A stretch of DNA of 60,006 nucleotides, taken from IMG/VR virus record IMGVR_UViG_3300044724_005967, positions 1-60,006 of that record. One strand, 5' to 3'. Positions within the stretch are counted from its first letter, which is position 1, and every line of letters starts with the position of its first letter. The DNA comes from a virus (taxonomy: Duplodnaviria; Caudoviricetes). Shown here in pieces: positions 36,228 through 45,994 of this stretch. The notes under the pieces were generated by a model, which ran no database searches, was not told the DNA's origin, and saw only the letters and a program-made list of their open reading frames with translations. The position numbers were made by a program, and so were the translations under genes.

Positions 36228-36919
36228 TCGTTTAGATTCCTAAATACTGCTTTCTTCTTTTTACCGTTACTATTTTCGTATTCAACAACGTGCTCAATTT
36301 TTGGCATATTTTGGAAGAACGAGCTGACTTTTTTGTAATGTTCTACTGGCAACATTTCTAAAAACATATCTTGTTCTTCTTTCGTTTCTTGATCCCAAGG
36401 ATATACATCATTCTCGTCCCATACAGCATCGATGCAAGACTTAATTAATTCATATGTAATCTCTGTGACATCAGTCATACCTTTAATTTTTTCTGAAACA
36501 GAAGGAGAAGGATATTTCATAATCAAACCAATGTTTCCGTCGAGCTCGAGCTTATTTGAATAGTCTTCTTTTTTCTGAACCTCAACTTCATTTAAATCCA
36601 ACTGTAAGTCGTATTCAATGCCGTCATCGCTATCTGTTACTTTAAACTTAACGATGTTTCCAACCGATACGGCTCTGATCTTAATAAACAAATATTCTAA
36701 ATCAAACGTAGCACACTTATCGATATTAAATGAATCATGCATAATACAGTTATTAATAACCTGTTTAATTGCATTGTATACTTCGTTTATTTCTCCTGTT
36801 TCTTTCGCTAAGAGAAGTATTTTTTCTTCTCGTACCAAAAACGGCCGATAAAAAATCTTATCACCTGTTGATGGTAAAGTAGCCTCAAATGTGGGACTAC
36901 TAATCTTTGGTAAAGCCAT
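36209..36919 (-). CDS. gp26: Baseplate hub assembly protein (T4 gp26/gp51 family)
   Basis: MALPKI..LPSTG..YRPFLVREEKILL, FDLEYLFIKIRAVSVG, MKYPS, FFQNMPK. Confidence 0.75.
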   Translation of the reverse strand: MALPKISSPTFEATLPSTGDKIFYRPFLVREEKILLLAKETGEINEVYNAIKQVINNCIMHDSFNIDKCATFDLEYLFIKIRAVSVGNIVKFKVTDSDDGIEYDLQLDLNEVEVQKKEDYSNKLELDGNIGLIMKYPSPSVSEKIKGMTDVTEITYELIKSCIDAVWDENDVYPWDQETKEEQDMFLEMLPVEHYKKVSSFFQNMPKIEHVVEYENSNGKKKKAVFRNLNDFFMLG

Positions 36920-36931
36920 GATGTAACTCCA

Positions 36932-37450
36932 TTAACTAACTTCGAATCGTGTAAATCTGTAATTTGCAGATATTTTTGCTATTTCATCGTGTTGACCCCA
37001 ACCTAATTGAATAGGTTCAACTACCATCGGGAACGCTTCAATAAATGTAATTTTTTTTGCCATGGCACCAGTTCTATTGTAAACAATCAATGTCATATCA
37101 ACTGCATAATCTTGTAAAAACTTGGCGCCATATTTTTGTGAACCATCTAAGTCAACGATCTGATTTGCCCATTCTCGATACGTAGCATATATGTTTGCTT
37201 TCTCATCGACAGTATGCATCATCGTGACTTCTTGCGGGTTATATCTATAAGGTACATTATAAATCAGACCATTTCCATATGGAGAGAAGTTATCGACAGA
37301 TAGAAATCCAACACCAGGCATCGATGCTGTTTCTGTTCTAAGATATATTTCTGTGCCATCACCTCCAGGAGGATTTACTATCAGCTCGTATTGACTAGCT
37401 GGTAGACTATCCTTAATCTGTGATTTCCATGAGTCGACATTAAAGCCCAT
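36932..37450 (-). CDS. Tail tube initiator / tail-tube-fold protein (gp54-like)
   Basis: TASMPG, VPY, EAFPMVVEPIQLGW...ISANYRF pattern of gp19/gp54 family. Confidence 0.6.
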   Translation of the reverse strand: MGFNVDSWKSQIKDSLPASQYELIVNPPGGDGTEIYLRTETASMPGVGFLSVDNFSPYGNGLIYNVPYRYNPQEVTMMHTVDEKANIYATYREWANQIVDLDGSQKYGAKFLQDYAVDMTLIVYNRTGAMAKKITFIEAFPMVVEPIQLGWGQHDEIAKISANYRFTRFEVS

Positions 37451-37451
37451 T

Positions 37452-38054
37452 TTAATTTCTCTGAATAAATTGTTTTGAGTCTCGCCACACGACACTCTGT
37501 TGTTTCTTTCTAAATCTCTGTGTCGGAAGCATTAATGCGATATCCCATTCTTCGTATGGTATCCACAAGTATCGCGATCGAACTTGATTGGTCAAATATC
37601 TTTTGACCGTAGGCCTAAAGTATTTATACTTCGCGGCTGAATTAAGAAAACTATAACTCAATCGTAGTTTTTTTGACTCGCGAAGATTATCTTGTCTCTC
37701 GATATTATATAACCTATCCATTAATCTTGCTCTGAAAATAGGAGGTAGATAGTGGAGATTCATACCAAGAAAACCATCTGAATATCTTTCGAGAACAAAG
37801 ATAAGAGGGAACATATCATAATACGGTAGTTTTTCTTTATGTTTTGGATCGTACATAAACATATACATACGACCTACATCTAAATCGACAAGCTTATTAT
37901 AAGTGCGCGCTCTATTTTTTAATTCGCGTCTTGTATTAACGCTTTTAATTGAGGTAGCTTTATCACGATACCAATCGCGTGCATCTTCCGATCCAAATTC
38001 TATACCTTCTGCTTTGCCTTCATCTGCTATCTTCTGAAAGATATATGTTGCCAT
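37452..38054 (-). CDS. gp2: DNA end protector (T4 gp2-like)
   Basis: GRMYMFMYDPKHKEKLPYYDMFPL, GFLGMNLHYLP. Confidence 0.9.
   Translation of the reverse strand: MATYIFQKIADEGKAEGIEFGSEDARDWYRDKATSIKSVNTRRELKNRARTYNKLVDLDVGRMYMFMYDPKHKEKLPYYDMFPLIFVLERYSDGFLGMNLHYLPPIFRARLMDRLYNIERQDNLRESKKLRLSYSFLNSAAKYKYFRPTVKRYLTNQVRSRYLWIPYEEWDIALMLPTQRFRKKQQSVVWRDSKQFIQRN
37621..37628 (-). promoter_or_regulatory. T4-type late promoter (internal to gp2) for downstream tail genes
   Basis: TATAAATA on minus strand about 170 nt upstream of ATG 37450. Confidence 0.45.
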
Positions 38055-38500
38055 TAGAATTTTAATCCTAGTTCGTTTTCAGTGAGAATCACAAAATCCC
38101 ATCCTCTCTCTTCACAGTATTTATTTGCTGCTTTCCATTTGGAAGAATTTACACCCCATGTCTTCACTTCGTATAAATACCTTTTAGTAAGTTTCTTTTG
38201 CGCGGTTGGCTCTACGGTTTCTTTATGAGGTTTTATCTCAATTACCACCGTATCAGTTCTACCTTCGCGATTGATCTTTTTGACCCAAAAATCTGGGAAA
38301 TAACGATGTACTCTGCCATCTATCGGTGATCTGTACGGAATGATAAGCTCTTCACTTGCCCATTCTAACACACCTTTTTCATTATCTAGATAGCGCATGA
38401 AGAATAGTTCCCACCGACTTCTATAAATAATGTTGGCGGAATCACCTCGATACTTTTTCGGATTTTTAGGTTTAAAGACACCTTTATAAGTCTTAGCCAT
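38054..38500 (-). CDS. gp4: Head completion nuclease (T4 gp4-like)
   Basis: YRSRWE, WASEE, HRYFPDF, IEIKP, NSSKWKAA, ILTE. Confidence 0.92.
   Translation of the reverse strand: MAKTYKGVFKPKNPKKYRGDSANIIYRSRWELFFMRYLDNEKGVLEWASEELIIPYRSPIDGRVHRYFPDFWVKKINREGRTDTVVIEIKPHKETVEPTAQKKLTKRYLYEVKTWGVNSSKWKAANKYCEERGWDFVILTENELGLKF
38422..38429 (+). promoter_or_regulatory. T4-type late promoter for baseplate operon
   Basis: TATAAATA about 95 nt upstream of ATG 38523. Confidence 0.6.
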
Positions 38501-38505
38501 TTATC

Positions 38506-38513
38506 TATTTATA
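38506..38513 (-). promoter_or_regulatory. T4-type late promoter for gp4/gp2
   Basis: TATAAATA on minus strand 5 nt before the gp4 ATG. Confidence 0.65.
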
Positions 38514-38522
38514 GGAATTCTC

Positions 38523-39752
38523 ATGGCAGAAAAAACAACAGTCGACGGAGTTGGACCAGTTGCATCGCAGCTGAAAGAAAAATACAGCTCCCTTGAGCGT
38601 ATACAATTAAGTGCTATCAAAAATCTTGGTGGTGCAGTCACACAGCGGCCAGGTGCCGGCGGTGGAGATGTAAGTCAAACTGTCACACGAATTAATCCTA
38701 CACAGAAATCTGCAATGGAGATTGGCGCTAATATTGCTGCAAAGCTAGAAAGATCTGGTGCAGTCATCAGAACAGCCGAGAAATCATTGACAAGTGCAAT
38801 CAATTCAACTGTATACGATAAAATACCACTCGCACAAAGAGCACGTAAACAAATTCCTGATTTAAATGAAGCTAAAAATCGTGTACCAAATCCTTATCCA
38901 AAAAGTATACAAGAAAAAATACAAGAGCGTAAAGATGTACTGTTAGGTGAAGAAGATTATCAATATAATGGAATTGTTTATCCTCCTGATTTGATAGCGC
39001 AAGCAGCTGCATGGGTTGAATTAGAATTTTTAACTTATGAGCGAGGTGCACCATTTGGTAAAGGTACTATCTCATCGACTTCTATCTTTAAACTTCCATT
39101 GCCAGACAACTTAAGTGTATATCATTCTGTTCGATTCGAAGAAAGAGATACGGGTATGTTGGGTGAATTGGCACAAACAGGATCTGCAGCCGCTGCAATC
39201 AGTAATGCACAAAATGAGTTAAACAAGAAAATTGGTGATATGGAAATTAGTAACCTTGTCAGTGGAATCACATCTGATGGTTTAGCTGAAGATGCTGCGA
39301 AAGTTGCAAAGCATGCTGCGTTTACTACATTAGTAGAAAGTGATCCAGTGTTAGGTGGTTTAGCAGGCTCAATTGCTGGTACTATTCCTAATCCGCATCC
39401 TACTGTATTCTTTAAAGGTGTGGATCTAAGGCAATTTGAATGGACTTGGCATTTCGTACCTCGTTCAGAGATAGAAGCCGCAACACTTGGTGTAGTATTA
39501 AAACAGCTAAAGAAACATATACTGCCTAAGAATGGCGGTACATTTATGGATTATCCTGATCTGTTACAGCCAAGAGTAGCACCAAATGATGAAGGATGGG
39601 GTAAATTCAGACGATGTGCTGTCAAAAACTTTAGCATTAACTTCACAGGCGAAGGCACTTCAGCTTTCTTTGTTAATGGTAAACCTGTTTCTGTTCGTTG
39701 TCAAATGTCATTTCAAGAAGTAGAAGCATTTATTAATCAGTCAGAAGGCTAA
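38523..39752 (+). CDS. gp48: Baseplate tail-tube cap (gp48-like)
   Basis: LPLPDNL, NPHPTVFFKGVDLRQFEWTWHFVPRSEIEA, YPD, MSFQEVE. Confidence 0.75.
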   Translation: MAEKTTVDGVGPVASQLKEKYSSLERIQLSAIKNLGGAVTQRPGAGGGDVSQTVTRINPTQKSAMEIGANIAAKLERSGAVIRTAEKSLTSAINSTVYDKIPLAQRARKQIPDLNEAKNRVPNPYPKSIQEKIQERKDVLLGEEDYQYNGIVYPPDLIAQAAAWVELEFLTYERGAPFGKGTISSTSIFKLPLPDNLSVYHSVRFEERDTGMLGELAQTGSAAAAISNAQNELNKKIGDMEISNLVSGITSDGLAEDAAKVAKHAAFTTLVESDPVLGGLAGSIAGTIPNPHPTVFFKGVDLRQFEWTWHFVPRSEIEAATLGVVLKQLKKHILPKNGGTFMDYPDLLQPRVAPNDEGWGKFRRCAVKNFSINFTGEGTSAFFVNGKPVSVRCQMSFQEVEAFINQSEG

Positions 39753-39756
39753 TCAG

Positions 39757-40623
39757 ATGTCAGATAGAACACAATATTTTCGAAAGTTTCCTATCACAAT
39801 TTATAATGATGTGCCTGCTTTGAATATCTGTCGTCGAGTAGACTTTAACAATAAAGTAAAAGATTTTTTTACAGCATTCTATTCTTTTAACACACAAACT
39901 GGCGAAAAAATAGAAACAATCGCACATGATTATTATCGCGATGTTGATTTAGATTGGTTAATCTATCATACTAATGATATTGTCGATCCTTATCACGACG
40001 TTGGTCTCGATTACGATGACTTTGAGAATACAATTAAAAAGAAATATGGATCTATACGCTTAGCTAAATTAAAAACGGCCGTTTATCGTAATAATTATAG
40101 AGGAGACGAATCTATACTCAGTACTGATGGATATGCTGCTCTCGATGGTGATCGCAAAAAATATTGGTCACCCCAATTTGGTCCTACAGGTTTGATTGGT
40201 TATACAAGAAATACCGATGAGATGTATGCTTCAACTAATAGAATTATGTCATTCTCTTTTACGAGCACAGTAAGTAAAACGTTTACTAAAGGCGAAATCA
40301 TTAAAGACACAGCTGATAGATATTCAGCAACTGTTGCTTCTGCAAATACAAGCTATGTAACATTCCAACATATTGAAGGCGGTTGGGATGCAGGTTCTAA
40401 TTTTAGTGTAACTGGTGATGAGTCAAAAGTTACTATCGAATTTAATTATACAACCCGTAAAGTTTTACAAGATGTGATACCAATTGATGAGCAAGTATAT
40501 TTTTCGAAGTATTCTTTCTATGATCTTGAAGATGATGCAAACGAAGCGCGCCGCAATATATTCTTAATTGAAGATTCATATACCGAAACTATTAACCAAC
40601 AATTAGATGAGTTGATGAAGTAA
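39757..40623 (+). CDS. gp53: Baseplate wedge protein (gp53-like)
   Basis: YFRKFP, GEKIETIAHDYY...WLIYHTNDIVDPY, NEARRNI. Confidence 0.8.
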   Translation: MSDRTQYFRKFPITIYNDVPALNICRRVDFNNKVKDFFTAFYSFNTQTGEKIETIAHDYYRDVDLDWLIYHTNDIVDPYHDVGLDYDDFENTIKKKYGSIRLAKLKTAVYRNNYRGDESILSTDGYAALDGDRKKYWSPQFGPTGLIGYTRNTDEMYASTNRIMSFSFTSTVSKTFTKGEIIKDTADRYSATVASANTSYVTFQHIEGGWDAGSNFSVTGDESKVTIEFNYTTRKVLQDVIPIDEQVYFSKYSFYDLEDDANEARRNIFLIEDSYTETINQQLDELMK

Positions 40624-41897
40624 TGCAGGCAAAAGACGCTGGTGAGGTTATCATTGTTGGAGAGAAAATCTCTTTAAAAAAATTCAATGGTAGCGGCAAT
40701 CTCAATATACACAATCAAGTCAAACGGATGGAGATAACCGAGTCACTCGATAATCATACTGTCACAGCTGACTTTTATCTTGCAGAAGGTATCGATCTAC
40801 CAAATGAATATCCGTTAGGCGGAGAAGAACTCATTGAAGTAAGCATACAGACACCAGGAAAAGGTGTATGTAAATATAAGTTCTTTATTGAAGGTGTTAA
40901 AGCTATGAGAACTAATGATGAATCTAATCTGCGTTCTTATATACTGCGTTGTACGACGAAAGACTTTCTCAAAAATACATTTAAAGTATACACTAAAAGA
41001 TATAAAGATAAAAAATATCACGAGGCACTTGCTGAAGTTATACAAACTGATCTCGGTGCTGAAGAATCATTACAAACAGTTGAGTCTACAAAAGGCAAAT
41101 TTGATTATGTAGTCAACAATAAAAGACCGTTTCAAGTTGTCGATCTGATTAGAGAAAGAGCTGTTTCAGCTGAAGGTAATATCTCGTCTGTGTTCGTCTT
41201 TTATCAAGACCATAAAGGATACCATTTTACGACCGTTGAAAAGTTAATCGAAGACAGAAAAGGTGGCGCAGAAGGCAAAACGTTTGTTGCTGATACATCG
41301 AATAGAATATCAAACTATGAGGAAGTGATTAACGCTAGAAACATACTAGCGTATGAAACGACGACACAGGGTAGTTCTATTGATAAGGTAATGAAAGGCG
41401 CAATGTACACTCAGATAAGAGAACTTGATTTGCATCGTGGTACATATTATGATATGGAGGAATATATTAATCCTGCGCATCATGGTTCATTTAAAAAAAC
41501 AGATGCGTCAAATGATTTTAACAGTGGTGATTATAATAGTTTTACTACTGAAATGCCAGGTGTAACTCGAATGGCAATCAAAGATGGTACTCGACCTGAA
41601 ATGGAACACAATAAGAATATTCATTGGGGCAGAGGATTTACACCAAGAATGTTTCAATATGGTGTCAGATTTAGAACGTATGGCGATACTGATATGAGAG
41701 TAGGCGATGTGATAAAACTGAAGTTACCTATAATATCAGGTACAACAGGCGAGAGACCACAAAACAAAATATTCTCGCAGAATTATATTGTTACTAATCT
41801 CAAACACGTATGTCAGAAAACACAACAAGGTAGTTTCGAACACTATTTAATTATGGATGTGTCTAAGCCGAATCAATATGGCAGACCACTAGGATAA
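40623..41897 (+). CDS. Baseplate hub protein (gp27/phage protein D-like)
   Basis: ITESL, PLGGEE, FVFYQDHKGYHF, YGDTDMRVGDVI, YIVTNLKH; position before gp5. Confidence 0.65.
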   Translation: MQAKDAGEVIIVGEKISLKKFNGSGNLNIHNQVKRMEITESLDNHTVTADFYLAEGIDLPNEYPLGGEELIEVSIQTPGKGVCKYKFFIEGVKAMRTNDESNLRSYILRCTTKDFLKNTFKVYTKRYKDKKYHEALAEVIQTDLGAEESLQTVESTKGKFDYVVNNKRPFQVVDLIRERAVSAEGNISSVFVFYQDHKGYHFTTVEKLIEDRKGGAEGKTFVADTSNRISNYEEVINARNILAYETTTQGSSIDKVMKGAMYTQIRELDLHRGTYYDMEEYINPAHHGSFKKTDASNDFNSGDYNSFTTEMPGVTRMAIKDGTRPEMEHNKNIHWGRGFTPRMFQYGVRFRTYGDTDMRVGDVIKLKLPIISGTTGERPQNKIFSQNYIVTNLKHVCQKTQQGSFEHYLIMDVSKPNQYGRPLG

Positions 41898-41900
41898 TAT

Positions 41901-43958
41901 ATGGCTTATTATAGTTTAGGTGATAACTTCAATTGGTTTATGGGTCGAGTTGTTGAACTTGATCCTACAGAAGAAGAGAAGTATAAGCGTTATCTTGGCC
42001 GTGTTAAGATTCGTGTCTTGCACGATCAAACTGGTGATCTAGGCAAAGTTAAAAAATCATACGGTATAACAGATGATGATTTGTTATGGGCGTGGCCATT
42101 ATCTTCTATTCAATCTGCTTCTCTTAGTTATCGTAAGATTGTCGAGTTAGAAGAATATCCTACTCCTTTTTGGATTGATGCTGTCGGTACATCTCCTACA
42201 GGTATTGCTGTTGGTACTTACGTATTTGGTTTTTACTTAGATGGACAGGAAGGGAACATACCTGTTATCTTTTCAACCTATCATAAAGATTCTTTATATC
42301 CTGAGCCACCTACTGATGACGCTACTGGTGAGATGTTACAGGTTAAACCGCCTGAGGGTCCAATGTTTGATTACATGGACGTATCAGCACTTGCGAAAGG
42401 ATGGCACGAAGATAAAGAGCGAGATTTAAATCATCCGAAAGGACAAGAATATCCGCTTGCGACCGAGCCTGAACAAGGCGGTCAAATGTTGCCTAAGCAT
42501 AAATCAACGGCAAATCCGGATGGTTACAAAAAAGGAATGATGAATCTCGTATGGGAACCTGCATCAGACTACAATACAAAATATCCTTTTAATACTGTAC
42601 ATACAACAAAATCAGGTCATGCTATTGAATTAGATGATACACAGGGACACGAGAGGATACAGTGGTGGCATCGATCAGGTTCGTACGAAGAAGTATCTAA
42701 CAACTTACAAGGTACTACACCGTGGAGAGATGGACTGCCTGGTGAGTATCCCGAAACAATGTTAGGTTGGCAAGAGCCAATGAAAAATCATACGGTTGGT
42801 ATACATCCTCCGTATGAAGGCAGACGAGTCCGTAAAACATATGCTAACGAATACAATATTATTCTAGAAAATAGAGAGCATTATGTAGGAGCATCAGAAA
42901 AGACTGAGATTGTAAATAATACTACTCGTGGTATCGGTAACAATCATATAGAGACAGTTGCTAATACTGTTTATATAGCAGTAGGTTTTTATCCACGAAC
43001 AGCAAATAATGAATTAAAGGGTGAGTCAGCTCGTTATCAATTAGAAGATTCATGGGACAAAGAAACAAAATTCAGAGAAAACGCAGATAAGAAAGTCAAG
43101 CGTTTACCTGAAACAAGAAAATACGACTTTATTACAGACGTTGCTAATAACGTGCAGCTGTCTGTTGGTTGGACTTGGAAGAAAGCCAGAGAAATGGCTG
43201 TACACTCTGAGAAAAACCACTTTGTTGAGATAGCTAATAATCAATTAACATCTCTAGGCTGGATTCCACTTGACAATGAAGACGGTGATAAAGAAGGTCG
43301 AGTTGTACAAGAAACGAAAGATCAATACAATTATTATCTAGATATTAAATCGTCTTATTTTAATACTGTCGGTTGGAAACCATTCGACGAGGCAAGACAA
43401 TACACAGACCTCGATACAACCAACTTTTATACAGATGTAAAAATGTCTGCATGGTTTAATGTTGGTTACAAACCGAAAGGTGATGATGCTCGTCTGATTA
43501 ATTCTGAAGATAATTGGACTTATAATCTCGATGTCAAAGGCACAACGAGACAAACTACAGGCGATTGCCTATATTTGGCAGTCGGTAAGAAACCAAAAGA
43601 TGAGAGAAAAAGAACAAAAGAAGACCAAGGAAGTTACTTCATTGATGTAAATAAGAAGATGGCAACATTTGTTGGTAATGATTACGGTCTAAAGACTCAA
43701 GGTAATTATACAATGGATGTTGTTGGTAATACATTAATGCACTTCAATCGTCTTGCTGTACTTGATGCAGAGAATGAATTAGTAATTAACTCAAAAATGG
43801 GTATTACATTAAATGCACCAAGTACAACTGTTTTAGGTCCGCTCTATACATCAGACGGTTTAGGTACAGAAAAAGCCGTATCCGGATCGTTTACGTGTTT
43901 GAATGGTACTACAGTAACAGTAACAAATGGTATTGTAACAGATATCACAAATAATTAA
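41901..43958 (+). CDS. gp5: Baseplate central spike (gp5-like), no lysozyme domain evident
   Basis: WFMGRVVE..LGRVKIRV OB fold, VFGFYLDG, YPFNTVHTTKSGHAIELDDT, HRSGSYEE, beta-helix repeats. Confidence 0.85.
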   Translation: MAYYSLGDNFNWFMGRVVELDPTEEEKYKRYLGRVKIRVLHDQTGDLGKVKKSYGITDDDLLWAWPLSSIQSASLSYRKIVELEEYPTPFWIDAVGTSPTGIAVGTYVFGFYLDGQEGNIPVIFSTYHKDSLYPEPPTDDATGEMLQVKPPEGPMFDYMDVSALAKGWHEDKERDLNHPKGQEYPLATEPEQGGQMLPKHKSTANPDGYKKGMMNLVWEPASDYNTKYPFNTVHTTKSGHAIELDDTQGHERIQWWHRSGSYEEVSNNLQGTTPWRDGLPGEYPETMLGWQEPMKNHTVGIHPPYEGRRVRKTYANEYNIILENREHYVGASEKTEIVNNTTRGIGNNHIETVANTVYIAVGFYPRTANNELKGESARYQLEDSWDKETKFRENADKKVKRLPETRKYDFITDVANNVQLSVGWTWKKAREMAVHSEKNHFVEIANNQLTSLGWIPLDNEDGDKEGRVVQETKDQYNYYLDIKSSYFNTVGWKPFDEARQYTDLDTTNFYTDVKMSAWFNVGYKPKGDDARLINSEDNWTYNLDVKGTTRQTTGDCLYLAVGKKPKDERKRTKEDQGSYFIDVNKKMATFVGNDYGLKTQGNYTMDVVGNTLMHFNRLAVLDAENELVINSKMGITLNAPSTTVLGPLYTSDGLGTEKAVSGSFTCLNGTTVTVTNGIVTDITNN

Positions 43959-43967
43959 GGTAAGATT

Positions 43968-44660
43968 ATGTCAGTATCAAATACAGTAGCACGACTAAAG
44001 GAAATGCAGGCAGAACTTGAAGCTGCAACCGGTGTTACAATGGTAGAACAACCGGGACCACCTGATGGTGTGATGGTTGCTATTCCTGGTGAATTTAGTT
44101 GTGAGCGATTAGAACTATTAGTTGAAGAACATATGAAGGTAGTTACTGATATTATTAAAAGTAAAACATCAGAGATTTCTTCGTTAATGTCTAACTACGC
44201 TCCTATCTTATCTCTACCATCTGATCCATTGAAGATTTTAAAGTGGGCGAAGAAAGTAGTATTAGGTATGGCAGAACCAGCTATTTCAGCGGCCATCGAG
44301 CTAGCGATTGATATTGCTCAACTCGCCGGGGCCCTTGCGGGTTTAGTCGGAGCTGTTGCCACTGCTGCTTCTCGATTAGCTAATTGTATTACTAATCTTG
44401 TACGTAATACTCTTCAGAATGTGATGGATGAGTTGATGGCTGGCGCAATTGAATTATATGATCAAGCAATTGGCATCTACGAAGGTTTGAAAGATCAAGC
44501 GCTTGATCAACTTGGATTTAATGAATTAAAAGAATTGTCTGCAACCGTAGACGGACAAGTCAATAACTTATTAAATACAGTAGATGATATAGAAGGTTCT
44601 GTAGACAGTTTGCAAAATAGTGTCGATCTGTTATCAGGCATTACAGTGCCCGCAACGTAG
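43968..44660 (+). CDS. Helical hypothetical protein in baseplate operon
   Basis: 230 aa, Ala/Leu-rich amphipathic helices. Confidence 0.5.
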   Translation: MSVSNTVARLKEMQAELEAATGVTMVEQPGPPDGVMVAIPGEFSCERLELLVEEHMKVVTDIIKSKTSEISSLMSNYAPILSLPSDPLKILKWAKKVVLGMAEPAISAAIELAIDIAQLAGALAGLVGAVATAASRLANCITNLVRNTLQNVMDELMAGAIELYDQAIGIYEGLKDQALDQLGFNELKELSATVDGQVNNLLNTVDDIEGSVDSLQNSVDLLSGITVPAT

Positions 44661-44669
44661 GATTAGAAT

Positions 44670-45527
44670 ATGGCAGATTGTAGAAATTGTGGTGAACCAA
44701 ATAGTCCTGAGTGTCAGAACTGTACAAAGTGCGGTGCACCTGTCGGCGGCCGACGCAGCGGATTTACTGATGGCGGACCAAAAGCTATTTTTGGTTTCGG
44801 TTATATTGGCTCAACAGGTCCTGATAGTGGGTATAGACCAAATCAAAAATCTCGTCTTAGTTTAGTTGGTAGCACAGATCGATATCCTGGTTTTCAAGAT
44901 AAGCCACCTTCTGGTTATGTTTTACCACAAATTGAGATACCTGTTGCAAATACTGTAGATTATGGTTCTGCGACATCATCTAATACATCTCTTTATATAC
45001 CAGCAACAGACGCAGAAATTGGAAATGGTGCTGTAGACTATGTCAAGTTTGCCGAGAAAATGCAAGCTGACGCGAATCAATTAGCAGCAGATTTATTAGC
45101 ATTAAAGAATGCTAAAGGTGTATCAGGTGGAGGAGCAGGCAGTACTGTACCTGATGGACCTGATTGTAATACAGATGTAGAATATCCTGCAAATACGTTT
45201 ACGATTGAAGTTAAATCCAAATTTGAAGTTGTACCATGTGAAGATCCTGTTCCAGCTGAATTTACATGTTCAACATTTACTGTGACAGGTAATGATACAG
45301 TTACTCTAACAAACGGCACGATTACTATTACGATGAACGGTAGTGCTTTATCAATTAGTGGCGCAACAGGTACACTGGATTTAGGAGCATTAAATATTAC
45401 TACAACTGGTGATATAACAGCTGGTGGTAAGAGTCTTAAAACTCATACACATAGTTCTGGTACATTATCTGGTACTGCAAATGGTGAACCTGTAAGCATC
45501 AGTGGTAACACATCTCAGCCAAGTTAA
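44670..45527 (+). CDS. Spike-tip protein with HxH apex motif and N-terminal Cys cluster
   Basis: C-terminal TGDITAGGKSLKTHTHS resembles P2 gpV/phi92 gp138 apex; N-terminal CRNC...CQNCTKC. Confidence 0.6.
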   Translation: MADCRNCGEPNSPECQNCTKCGAPVGGRRSGFTDGGPKAIFGFGYIGSTGPDSGYRPNQKSRLSLVGSTDRYPGFQDKPPSGYVLPQIEIPVANTVDYGSATSSNTSLYIPATDAEIGNGAVDYVKFAEKMQADANQLAADLLALKNAKGVSGGGAGSTVPDGPDCNTDVEYPANTFTIEVKSKFEVVPCEDPVPAEFTCSTFTVTGNDTVTLTNGTITITMNGSALSISGATGTLDLGALNITTTGDITAGGKSLKTHTHSSGTLSGTANGEPVSISGNTSQPS

Positions 45528-45552
45528 TAAATAACAATTAAAAGAGAAAACA

Positions 45553-45993
45553 ATGGGCGTTAAGACAGCAAAAGGATACGAAGAATATCAAAATTCGGCA
45601 AAGAACCGAGATTTGTTTAGCGACTTTAATCAATCATTTTTACCTCACCCAAACACCGGCCAAATTATTCGTAAAACAAATGTTGATGCTGTAAAGATGT
45701 CATTACGTAATCTGGTGTTGACTAATAAATATGAAAGGTTAAGAAATCCAAGTTTTGGTGGAAATGTCCGCAGATGGTTATTCGAACCATCTACTGATTT
45801 AGAAGGTATTACTCGCGAAATCGAAAGACATATCAAAGAAATAGTTAGAAATAACGAGCCTCGAGTACGTTTACTTGAGGTCAGAGCTACGGGCGATAAT
45901 GATCAAAATATGGTAAATGTGTATATACAGTTTAGTATCGTAACATCAGAACGAGACGAAGATCTCAATATCACGCTATACAGAGTAAGATAA
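45553..45993 (+). CDS. gp25: Baseplate wedge subunit (gp25-like)
   Basis: AVKMSLRNLVLTNKYER..PSFG..LFEP..NEPRV. Confidence 0.9.
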   Translation: MGVKTAKGYEEYQNSAKNRDLFSDFNQSFLPHPNTGQIIRKTNVDAVKMSLRNLVLTNKYERLRNPSFGGNVRRWLFEPSTDLEGITREIERHIKEIVRNNEPRVRLLEVRATGDNDQNMVNVYIQFSIVTSERDEDLNITLYRVR

Positions 45994-45994
45994 A

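Noticed and set aside
33812-36338. Several plus-strand ORFs over the tape-measure region
   Set aside because: Antisense shadows lying downstream of the gp32 terminator.
38172-38179. Additional TATAAATA on + inside gp4
   Set aside because: Far from any sense start and a closer copy exists at 38422; likely chance in AT-rich DNA.
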